Shown here piece by piece: positions 13,746-30,734 of a stretch of 30,734 bases of DNA (its first letter is position 1; every line of letters starts with the position of its first letter). The stretch lies in the NCBI GenBank assembly GCA_964016885.1, contig CAXHJY010001019.1:1-30734 (forward strand), in the 5' to 3' direction. The notes under the pieces were generated by a model, which saw only the letters and a program-made list of their open reading frames with translations, searched no databases and was not told where the DNA came from. The DNA is from Eledone cirrhosa (taxonomy: Eukaryota). Both the position numbers and the translations under genes were made by a program.

Positions 13746-13850
13746 GATTTTCTGCCCTAAGGTTAAGCTTTTACCGTTTCCACAGTGATTCCACAGTGGT
13801 TCCACATCCGCTGTAGAAACGGTAAAGGCTTAAGCGCAGGGCTGAAAATC
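13746..13850. repeat. Imperfect inverted repeat, about 40-bp arms
   Basis: gattttctgccct..ttaagcttttaccgtttccacag / ctgtagaaacggtaaaggcttaa..agggctgaaaatc. Confidence 0.9.
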
Positions 13851-14115
13851 TTTAGAAAGTTTACACACTATTTTTCGTAAGTATAAAGTACTAAGTTTAA
13901 TAATGGCCTCACCAATCTTAACCAATGGCATTCCAAACAGATACACGTGCTTATGTATAACGAAGTTGTACTATAAAAAAAAACAAAGTACTTGGGACGA
14001 ATAAACAACAGCATCTACGTTCTCGTCAGCCACGCCATGGGCGATGCAAATCTCTGCATAAGAGTGTTATTACATAATATTGAGCCCATGTACAATGTTG
14101 TGCATAAGGTTCATT

Positions 14116-14154
<39 letters not shown>

Positions 14155-14167
14155 ATAAAGTAAAACA

Positions 14168-14292
14168 AGGACGAATGGTTACTCCTTCATTACGTTTATT
14201 GGTTGGTGACGCGCGTTTCGCTATCGATCAGCTCAAGGTTCGATCTGTATCGATTTAGCCCGACCCTGTAGTCAATGGCTCGTCGGAACTCT
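14168..14292 (-). repeat. Dispersed repeat with Penelope-type GAAACGCGCGTC plus AATAAA end, copy 1
   Basis: Aligns with 15296-15420; minus strand reads ccgacga..cgaaacgcgcgtc..aataaa. Confidence 0.75.
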
Positions 14293-14347
14293 GTGGTAGT
14301 GATGAGTGGTAGTAGTGAACCTACAGTAACTCCGCGTTACACTCCCT

Positions 14348-14400
<53 letters not shown>

Positions 14401-14403
<3 letters not shown>

Positions 14404-14680
14404 AAAGTTATATTTAAAATTGTTGGGTTACAACTAGTAAATATTTATAACTGATATAAAAGCACTCGACAAATATTTGGAGTATATTTACAATATTAAA
14501 TAAATGGAAAACTATATTTATAAAACCATATCTATTTCATTATATATATTTCGGGGATATCATATTAACAATATGCTATGCCTTCATCAGACAAAATACA
14601 ATATAAACAGTTTTATAGATAAATAGATTCGACATACCGTTATAACACCGACTTCATTTGAAGAGGTTTACGCTGGCAGT
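14401..14680 (-). mobile_element. Hammerhead-containing dispersed repeat, copy 2
   Basis: Reverse complement of 1335-1612 with few substitutions; abuts (TA)n at 14350-14400. Confidence 0.8.
14533..14598 (-). ncRNA. Minimal type I hammerhead ribozyme
   Basis: Minus strand: TATTTTGT CTGATGA A GGCATAGCATATTgttAATATGATATCCCC GAAA TATATAT A ATGAAATA; same fold as 1417-1482. Confidence 0.75.
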
Positions 14681-15009
14681 GAAAAAATTTTACACAGAGA
14701 GAAAGAAAGAGAGAAAACAGAAAGAAAGACAGAAAACGAAGAAAAGGAAGAAAAAGAAGAGAAAGAGGAAATGCGTGGAACAAAATAGAGAGATGGAAAG
14801 ATAGATAAAGCGAAGACCTTCATGTAAAGAAACAGAAAGAGATATATATATAGAGAGAGAGAGGAAATAGAGATAGATACATATATATATATAGAAAATT
14901 AGGTAGTGGGAGGTCATTTTGAGTAAATGTATCAATGATACGTTTATTTATTTATTTATTTATTTAGCTCAAGTATTAATGTAAGGGAGATATATAGAGA
15001 GAGAAAAAA

Positions 15010-15059
<50 letters not shown>

Positions 15060-15239
15060 AAATAAGATGCTGAGGTTACATATATCGTTTAATCATAATA
15101 ATTATTTCCACAGTTCTCCATGCAATCGAGATGTCCTTCATGCATTTGGTGTTGATTATGAGAACGGTTTCCTCAGATAAAAATCGATATGTTTGATATG
15201 TCGCTGGCAGGAAAACACGTCCTAATGCCTGTGTGCCTA

Positions 15240-15280
<41 letters not shown>

Positions 15281-15295
15281 GTGAAAATAATAAAG

Positions 15296-15420
15296 AGGAC
15301 GAAGTGTTAGGTCTTCATTACGTTTATTGAGTTGTGACGCGCGTTTCGTGATTGATCAGCTCAAGGTTTGATCTATATCGAGCTGGCCCGACTCTGGACT
15401 CAAAAGCTCGTCGGACTTCT
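15296..15420 (-). repeat. Dispersed repeat with Penelope-type GAAACGCGCGTC plus AATAAA end, copy 2
   Basis: Aligns with 14168-14292. Confidence 0.75.
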
Positions 15421-15863
15421 TGCATACATACACACACATACATATATTATACACACATATTAATCGAGCCAGCGAAGGAATGTCTACAAGGTCACTCAAC
15501 CAGCTCTATGTAGCTATTAGATCTCTGAAAAATCACACTACACCGCCTTCAGGATCCATTCTATCATACGTAATTCCTGGCTCTATGGAGATATTGAAGG
15601 ACGAGAAGGTCATGGTTAGAATGTTTCTGATTATAAGTCTGCTCGATCAGAGATCACACGAGGACAAACAACCATGACATGCGTTCGTGTGCATTTTATT
15701 CAAATTTACCGCTTTAAAAAGCTAAAAGAAGAGGTTTATAGAACCTGGGCCGCTGACAACGAAATACTTGCCATTGTAGGTGGCTCGCCTTACCGACATA
15801 TGAGATGATGCTAGCAAGGGTGTTTCGTCATTCCATAGCGTGAAACAACAGCCCCTCTTGTTA

Positions 15864-15986
15864 TGGCGTTTGGTTGAGTGGTTAGAGAACTGGATTCGCA
15901 ATCGTGAGGTTGTGAGTTCGATTCCTGGACCGGGCGATGCGTTATGTCCTTGAGCAAGACACTTTATTTCACTTTATTTCACGTTG
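15864..15986 (+). mobile_element. tRNA-derived SINE family B, head region
   Basis: A-box TGGTTGAGTGG, B-box GTTCGATTCC, then gtccttgagcaagacactttatttcac. Confidence 0.85.
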
Positions 15987-16248
15987 CGACCGATAGATAG
16001 TATTAGCAATTGGAAAAACCAATGGAAACACTGTTTCCTCGGTCCGATTTGACGAAAGTCGATCGTTAGGAATATAAATATATATATATATATATAAATG
16101 TCAAGTAAGAATATTTTCGAAACAGCCTGTGGATTTGAAATTATTAGAAATGTTAGCTATCGCCGTATTTTGACTAAAGAAATTAAAGAAATTATTTAGC
16201 CTGATAGTGGGGCTAAGAACCCTCGGAGAAATAGAAAAAGATGAGTAT

Positions 16249-16320
16249 TGACGTACATGGGAGTCGAACCCACATCTTTGGTTATCCGGACCACTGTGCT
16301 ACCATTTACACCAACACATC
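16249..16320 (-). pseudogene. tRNA-like cloverleaf (pseudo-tRNA, GGA at the anticodon position)
   Basis: GATGTGT/GTACGTC acceptor with three G-U pairs; D arm GTGT-aaatggta-GCAC; anticodon arm TGGT-ccggata-ACCA; T arm GTGGG-TTCGACT-CCCAT. Lacks U33 and purine 37. Confidence 0.7.
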
Positions 16321-16390
16321 ACCCGTCTTTTTCCATTCAAATTAGAAGCTATAAACTTAGCGACTCTAATGTCAAGTAAGAATATTTTCG

Positions 16391-16918
16391 ATACATACAT
16401 ATATGTACGTATGCATGTATGTATATATATATATACATATTACTGTACGTCTGTATACATATATGTATGTACGTATACATACTTATATTTAAGTAACAGC
16501 CGTACTAAGAGTGAGAAATGAAATTTCGTTTTATTTTTTCCATTTATCGTTTTCGGTGGGCCAGGCCGATTAACTCATTCGATATGCAAATTAGGCTGCT
16601 CAGTCGTTAATATGCATAAGGAAAGTATATACTTTCAAACGTTCAATCATCTGGCAGGAAGGTATATGTTGCTGACGATAGCTAATAAGCTTGAAACTAG
16701 TACAGCCTTCTTTTGTCAGTGTTGAACAAATGAGCAACGATGGTTGCTAGACACTGTACGGCTTAATTCGGGATGTTTGTTTACAGACACACCGAGCATT
16801 ATAATAAATGTTCGGTGAATCCATACGTACATATATGTATGCGTGCATGTATGTATATATATATACATACTACTGTACGTCTGTATACATATATGTATGT
16901 ACGTATACATACTTATAT
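16391..16918. repeat. Two direct repeats of about 97 bp (16391-16488 and 16823-16918) flanking a unique core
   Basis: Both share tactgtacgtctgtatacatatatgtatgtacgtatacatacttatat. Confidence 0.9.
16668..16706 (+). ncRNA. Minimal type I hammerhead ribozyme
   Basis: Stem I GTTG/CAGC; CTGACGA (16672-16678); stem II AGCT-aata-AGCT with a T-T mismatch at its base; GAAA (16693-16696); palindromic stem III ACTAGT; predicted cleavage after GUA at 16702. Confidence 0.7.
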
Positions 16919-16936
16919 ATATATATATAAATATAT

Positions 16937-16980
16937 GCGCCCGTGATGTTTGCTCTAATTAGAGCAAACATCACGGGCGC
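16937..16980. repeat. Perfect 44-bp palindrome
   Basis: gcgcccgtgatgtttgctctaa|ttagagcaaacatcacgggcgc. Confidence 0.98.
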
Positions 16981-17683
16981 TCTATCTCAAAATTATTTTT
17001 TAAAAGCATTAGAAATGCGCGGTAAAACTTAAAACCAAAACTGAATACTAACCAATACTATTACTAATTTTTACTTATTCCTAATTAAACTATTTTTCAC
17101 TGGGAACAATTTGTCAGCATTTTCTTTTCCTTTTACCAATATATCATAACTCGTGTTACACCTCTATTCTTTTATATATATATATGTGTATATATATAGT
17201 GATAGAACACTGGAAGGTAATATCCTTAGTGGTAGAGCACTCAGTCCATGGGACGAGTTAGGTAGAAGTGGTTACACAACCTTTTGGTTCACCATACCGA
17301 GAACAATTATTTCACCTTAGCGGATCCTCACCTCGTAATGGACATGGTTATACTGAACAGCAACATCACAACTTACAATTAAGGACAAAATGAAAACACA
17401 CACACACATAGAACAAACAACTTACAATTAAGGACAAAAAAAAAAAAAAAAAAAAATGAAAACACACACAGGACAAAATGAAAACACACACACACATAGA
17501 ACAAACAACCAACCAACAATAAATAAATGAATAAATAAATAAACAAATAGATAAATGAACACAAACACACACAGACACCCGGATGTGGCGCAAGCGCAAA
17601 CTGAGCACACAACACGCACACAGAAACAAAATGGCGTAGGATAGAAGAAAGGAAAGGCACAGAAACGAAAAAAAAAAATCCCC

Positions 17684-17728
17684 AGTCACTGAAGAGGTCA
17701 CAGAGTGTGTGACGAAAGGACTATGACT
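17684..17728 (+). ncRNA. Minimal type I hammerhead ribozyme
   Basis: Stem I AGTCA/TGACT; CTGAAGA (17689-17695) plus extra G; stem II GTCACA-gagtg-TGTGAC; GAAA (17714-17717); stem III AGGACT; predicted cleavage after CUA at 17723. Confidence 0.82.
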
Positions 17729-17890
17729 ATATATAAACAACTATCTGGTTGTGGAACCAACCAACCAACCAGAAATTTATAAGTTTGTAGATTTGTAAAT
17801 TTATAAATTTATAAATATATAATAAATTGAAGTGAAAGCAACTGGTGCGTGTGTTTCTTATTGGCAACATGACCCTCCCAAAGTATAACA

Positions 17891-17952
17891 ATATATATAT
17901 ACATATATATATATAAATACATATACATATAAATACATATACATGTATAAAA

Positions 17953-17985
<33 letters not shown>

Positions 17986-18489
17986 TACATACACACACAT
18001 ACATACATACATTTATATATATATATATAGACAAACACACACATATATACATACATATACACATATATAAATATATATATATATAGAACTACATATATAT
18101 ATATATATGTATATATGTGTATGTATGTCATATATATATATATATGTATATATGTGTCTATGACATACATACACATACATACATATATATATGACATACA
18201 TACACATATATACATACATATATATATGACATACATACACATATATACATACATATATATATGACATACATACACACGCATATATACATACATATATATA
18301 TAGACATACATACACATATATACAACCACATATATATAGAGAGAGACATACATATACACACATATATACATATATATATACATACACACTCATATATACA
18401 TATATATATACACACACATACACACATATATATATATACACACACATACACACACATATATACATACATGTATATATATATATACATAC
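17891..18489. repeat. TA/CA compound microsatellite
   Basis: Direct reading. Confidence 0.95.
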
Positions 18490-18529
18490 CAGGGGCGAAG
18501 GGTGCGTGCATGCAACGCAAGCAGTGCAT

Positions 18530-18595
18530 GCGTTATAGAATTGATCAATTGCGTTATAGAGTTGATCAATTGCGTTATAGAGTTGATCAATTGCG
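18530..18595. repeat. 21-bp tandem repeat, 3 copies
   Basis: gcgttatagarttgatcaatt x3. Confidence 0.93.
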
Positions 18596-18605
18596 TCGGT
18601 TGAAG

Positions 18606-19819
18606 CAAGTAGAATTTTGGCTGCTTACTAAAACGTATAGACACAAAAAAAGATAACACACACACATACACACGACAGCTTTGGGGCAAGCAGAATTTTG
18701 ACTGCTTACTAAATCGTAGACACATAAAAAGATAACACACATACACGCGACAGCTTTGGGGCAAGCAGAATTTTGACTGCTTACTAAATCGTAGACACAT
18801 AAAAAGATAACACACATACACACGACAGCTTTGGCGCAAGCAGAATTTTGACTGCTTACTAAATCGTAGACACATAAAAAGATAATACACATACACACGA
18901 CAGCTTTGGGGCAAGCAGAATTTTGACTGCTTACTAAATCGTAGACACATAAAAAGATAATACACATACACACGGCAGCTTTGGGGCAAGCAGAATTTTG
19001 ACTGCTTACTAAATCGTAGACACATAAAAAGATAACACACATACACACGACAGCTTTGGGGCAAGCAGAATTTTGACTGCTTACTAAATCGTAGACACAT
19101 AAAAAGATAACACACACACATACACACGACAGCTTTGGGGCAAGCAGAATTTTGACTGCTTACTAAATCGTAGACACATAAAAAGATAACACACACACAT
19201 ACACACGACAGCTTTGGGGCAAGCAGAATTTTGACTGCTTACTAAATCGTAGACACATAAAAAGATAACACACACACATACACACGACAGCTTTGGGGCA
19301 AGCAGAATTTTGACTGCTTACTAAAACGTATAGACACATAAAAAGATAACACACATACACGCGACAGCTTTGGGGCAAGCAGAATTTTGACTGCTTACTA
19401 AATCGTAGACACATAAAAAGATAACACACATACACACGACAGCTTTGGGGCAAGCAGAATTTTGACTGCTTACTAAATCGTAGACACATAAAAAGATAAC
19501 ACACACACATACACACGACAGCTTTGGGGCAAGCAGAATTTTGACTGCTTACTAAATCGTAGACACATAAAAAGATAACACACATACATACACACGACAG
19601 CTTTGGGGCAAGCAGAATTTTGACTGCTTACTAAATCGTAGACACATAAAAAGATAACACACACACATACACGCGACAGCTTTGGGGCAAGCAGAATGTT
19701 GACTGCTTACTAAATCGTAGACACATAAAAAGATAACACACATACACGCGACAGCTTTGGGGCAAGCAGAATTTTGACTGCTTACTAAATCGTAGACACA
19801 TAAAAAGATAACACACACA
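18606..19819. repeat. 75-79-bp tandem array, about 16 units
   Basis: cagctttgg starts at 18676, 18751, 18826, 18901, 18976, 19051, 19130, 19209, 19288, 19365, 19440, 19519, 19598, 19677, 19752, plus a partial first unit; length varies mainly by (CA)n. Confidence 0.98.
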
Positions 19820-19961
19820 AACTAGATAACACTACATGCGGCTTTGACCGGGAGGGCCATTTAGAGGGAATTGGGGGGGGGGCGTTAAGGCTGCACAACC
19901 CCACTTTCCGCCATGGCGATTGGACTTCATTCCCTGCTTTCCAGGTTACCCTTCGCCACTG

Positions 19962-20016
<55 letters not shown>

Positions 20017-20205
20017 TATATACATACATAAACATGTATACATATATATATATATACACATACACACATATACATACATACATACATATATATACATACA
20101 CACACATATACATACATACATACATATATATACATACACACACATATATATACATACATACATATATATACATACACACACATACATATATATATATATA
20201 TACAT

Positions 20206-20238
<33 letters not shown>

Positions 20239-20888
20239 CATACATACACACAGATATATACATATATATATATATATACATACACACAGATATACATATA
20301 TATATATATACATACACACATATATACATATATATACATACATACACACATATATACATATATATACATACATACACACATATATACATATATATATACA
20401 TACACACATATATACATATATATACATACACACATATATACATATATATACATACACACATATATACATACACACACATATACATATACACACATATATA
20501 CATACACACACATACACACATATATATACACATATATACATATATATATATATACATACACACACATATATACATATATATATACATACACACACATATA
20601 CACATATATATATACATACACACACATATACACATATATATATACATACACACACATATACACATATATATATACATACACACACATATACACATATATA
20701 TATACATACACACACATATACACATATATATATACATACACACACATATACACATATATATATACATACACACACATATACACACATATATATATACATA
20801 CACACACATATACATATATATATACATACACACATACATATATATATACACACACACATACATACATATATACACACACACACACACA

Positions 20889-20930
<42 letters not shown>

Positions 20931-20940
20931 TATATATATA
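19962..20940. repeat. TA/CA compound microsatellite
   Basis: Direct reading; includes a regular 30-bp sub-period at about 20580-20780. Confidence 0.98.
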
Positions 20941-21179
20941 GCTGTCAACTCGCATGTTGTGTTAGACCTATCCCGTTCTTTCATTGATCTTCTAGTAAAA
21001 GTATCATAACGACCAGAGCTGTATGTATGTAATATTGCTCTCCTAAACCATATTTCACTATGTATTGACTATGTATTTCATCAAACGTCTTCCCGCCTTC
21101 ACCATTTCAGACCTCATGGCATTTAACACTTTCTCTGTCACGTTTTTTCATATTTCTTCTATATAGATATATATATAGA

Positions 21180-21370
21180 TACACAATGTTTCGTAGCATA
21201 GAGTTACATCCCTTTGCGTTCTGGGTTCAAATCCCGCCGAGGTTAGCTTTGCCTTTCATCCTGACGGCGGTTGATAAATAAAGTACCAGTAATGCACTGG
21301 AATCGATTTAATCGACTCCCCCCCCCCCTCCTCCAAAATTGCTGGCCTTGTTCCTAAAGTAGAAACAATT
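21180..21370 (+). mobile_element. SINE family A copy lacking the 5' head
   Basis: GGTTCAAATCCcgccgaggttagctttgcctttcatcc..aaagtaccagtaatgcactgg..ggccttgttcctaaagtagaaacaatt. Confidence 0.87.
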
Positions 21371-21390
21371 ATTCTCTTCATATATAGCAT

Positions 21391-21583
21391 GGGGACATTG
21401 TGTGTGACGGTGGCATCGAACCACAGACTACGCAGCACCTCCTGATTAGCCCTCTGCTGGAACACCCCTGCACAGCATTGGACTTGGTAGATTTCAATGA
21501 GTAAGGAGAGCAATGTGTTCAGCTGTGGCGGAACCACACCAAGCCAAGCTTTGTAACTGACACTCTTGTGGACACGACAAGAA
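21391..21583 (+). pseudogene. 3' end of a non-LTR retrotransposon (Ingi/Vingi-like zinc-knuckle tail)
   Basis: Translates (C.C)GGIEPQTTQHLLISPLLEHPCTALDLVDFNE*GEQCVQLW, resembling CxCG..QT..HL..CP..CT..DL; ends ggacacgacaagaa before (TA)n. Confidence 0.6.
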
Positions 21584-21655
21584 TATATATATATACATAT
21601 ATATATGAAAAATATGAAAACATAGCGTGCTGCATGGTTTCAAATGGGTTACATA

Positions 21656-22044
21656 TGAATAAATTTAGTCCTTCATCAGTGATCTTCCAGCCTTCATTGG
21701 TATTTCATCGCTTTAAAGACCATATACCTCTGTTTGATGCGAGCAACGGCTAAGGAAAGTCGTTGGGATACGTAAATAGGGGGAACGAGCGAGACAGTAA
21801 CCAAACAAAGATGGTAATGCAACGAAAAGTGAGGAGGAAGAAGGAGTCAAGTCCCTGAAATCGATGAACATAAGTTCTGTGAAATCGTAGACGTGAGAGA
21901 ATAAAGACCATCCAACCTGGTCGAAATGTGAGTGAGGAAAGAATTTCGCACAGGTTGCTCGCACCAACCAGAGGTATATGGTCTTAAAGCGATGAAATAC
22001 CAATGAAGGCTGGAAGATCACTGATGAAGGACTAAATTTATTCA
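21656..22044. mobile_element. MITE or foldback element with about 92-bp TIRs
   Basis: 21656-21747 is the near-perfect reverse complement of 21954-22044; TA on both flanks. Confidence 0.85.
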
Positions 22045-22053
22045 TATATATAT

Positions 22054-22410
22054 CAGTGGCGAAGGGTAACCTGGAGAGCAGGGCCTGCAGTCCAATCGCC
22101 ATGGCGGAAAGTGGGGCTGTGCAGCCTTACCCCCTCCCAATTCCCTCTAAATGACCATCCCGGTCAAAGCCGCATGTAGTGTTATCTAGTGTGTGTGTGT
22201 GTGTGGGGGGGGGGGGGGGTGATATCTTTTTATGTGTCTACAATTTAGTAAGCAGCCAACATTCTGCTTGGTTCATCCGACGCTGTCGTGTGTATGTGTG
22301 TTATCTTTTGTTGTGTCTACGATTTAGCAAGCAGCCAAAATTCTGCTTGCTTCAACCGACGCAATTGATCAACTCAAGATTCTATAACGCATGCACGCAC
22401 CCTTCGCCTG
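22054..22410 (-). mobile_element. Short inverted copy of the hAT-like element, about 2 internal units
   Basis: Starts CAGTGGCGAAGGGT, ends ACCCTTCGCCTG; body is the reverse complement of 19820-19961 and 18490-18680. Confidence 0.9.
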
Positions 22411-22730
22411 ACACACACACACACACACACACATATATGTATAGATATATATACACGTATATACATGTACACACATATATATACACACATATATATATAT
22501 ACACACACATATATACACACACACATATATATATATATACACACATATATATACACACACACACATACACACACACACACATATATATATATATACACAT
22601 ATATACACACACACACACATACATATACACACACATATATATACACATATATATATATACATGAATATATATACACATATATATATATACATATATACAT
22701 ATATATACATATATATATATACATATATAT
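22411..22730. repeat. CA/TA compound microsatellite
   Basis: Direct reading. Confidence 0.97.
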
Positions 22731-22974
22731 CTATCTAAGGCGGGTAAAATTCCGAGATCCATGGACGAGTTCTCTCCAGCGGTCTCTGTCCCTCATTATC
22801 GCTGCCATATCATGCATCTCCAACAGACCAGTGTCTGTCCTTAGGGCATCAACATATGTTAACCTTGGTCTTCCTCTTCTAGTGTGTCCATGTAGGGGCT
22901 CCCAAAGGAGCACTGAGTGCAATGTCAACTCTGGATGTCGGTGAGCATGTCCAGCCAACCTCATTCTCCTCTGT
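22731..22974 (-). pseudogene. RTE-clade LINE ORF C-terminus and 3' end
   Basis: [50 protein letters not shown], the RTE-type R.R..GH..R / RGRP tail. Confidence 0.85.
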
Positions 22975-23089
22975 GGTGGATGGGTGCTACACGAGAATGC
23001 TGAGGATGGCTCTGAACATTAATCAGTATACACTGAGGATGAAAAACTCAGAGCTGTATGGGAGCATCCCAAAAGTCAGCTCAAAAGTG
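22975..23089 (+). pseudogene. Inverted upstream segment of the same RTE ORF
   Basis: [35 protein letters not shown], the segment that normally precedes RRMRLAGH. Confidence 0.8.

Positions 23090-30734
<7,645 letters not shown>

Larger units (their letters stand above)
18490..19961 (+). mobile_element. Non-autonomous hAT-like element with expanded internal tandem array
   Basis: 14-bp TIRs CAGGGGCGAAGGGT / ACCCTTCGCCACTG (1 mismatch); 8-bp flanking duplication ATACATAC (18482-18489, 19962-19969); short inverted copy at 22054-22410. Confidence 0.85.

Noticed and set aside
16249-16320. Functional tRNA-Ser(GGA) gene
   Set aside because: No U33 or purine 37, no long variable arm, several G-U pairs in the acceptor stem; kept as a pseudo-tRNA.
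16584-16591. Octamer motif ATGCAAAT
   Set aside because: A single 8-mer is expected by chance in AT-rich DNA, and no snRNA or promoter context was seen.
18606-19819. CRISPR-like appearance of the regularly spaced hairpin-bearing array
   Set aside because: The whole unit is repeated with no unique spacers, there are no cas genes, and the array lies inside transposon TIRs in eukaryotic DNA.
21861-21905. TCGATGA-ACA..TGT-GAAATCGTA followed by AATAAA in the MITE core
   Set aside because: Core deviates at positions 3 and 4 and no stem I can be formed.
22021-22045. CTGATGAAGG in the MITE TIRs as hammerhead cores (also 21670-21679 on the minus strand)
   Set aside because: No stem II or GAAA follows.

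Overview
Non-coding, repeat-saturated animal DNA. The SINE families and (TA)/(CA) microsatellite load suggest a cephalopod, probably Octopus (inference from recalled repeat families, not a search). No intact protein-coding gene is supported: the long [12 protein letters not shown] ORFs are translations of microsatellites. About 40% of the window is (TA)n/(TACA)n sequence, including one array of at least 7.6 kb. The rest is tRNA-derived SINEs, decayed LINE pieces and MITEs. Three things stand out. (1) Five hand-foldable minimal type I hammerhead ribozymes from four unrelated sequence families, with the palindromic stem III typical of Penelope-like elements and retrozymes, plus two weaker candidates. 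(2) A hAT-like MITE present twice in inverted orientation, one copy with about 2 internal 75-bp units and the other with about 16. (3) An RTE LINE 3' end with a twin-priming-type 5' inversion. All structures were derived by eye; nothing was computed or searched.
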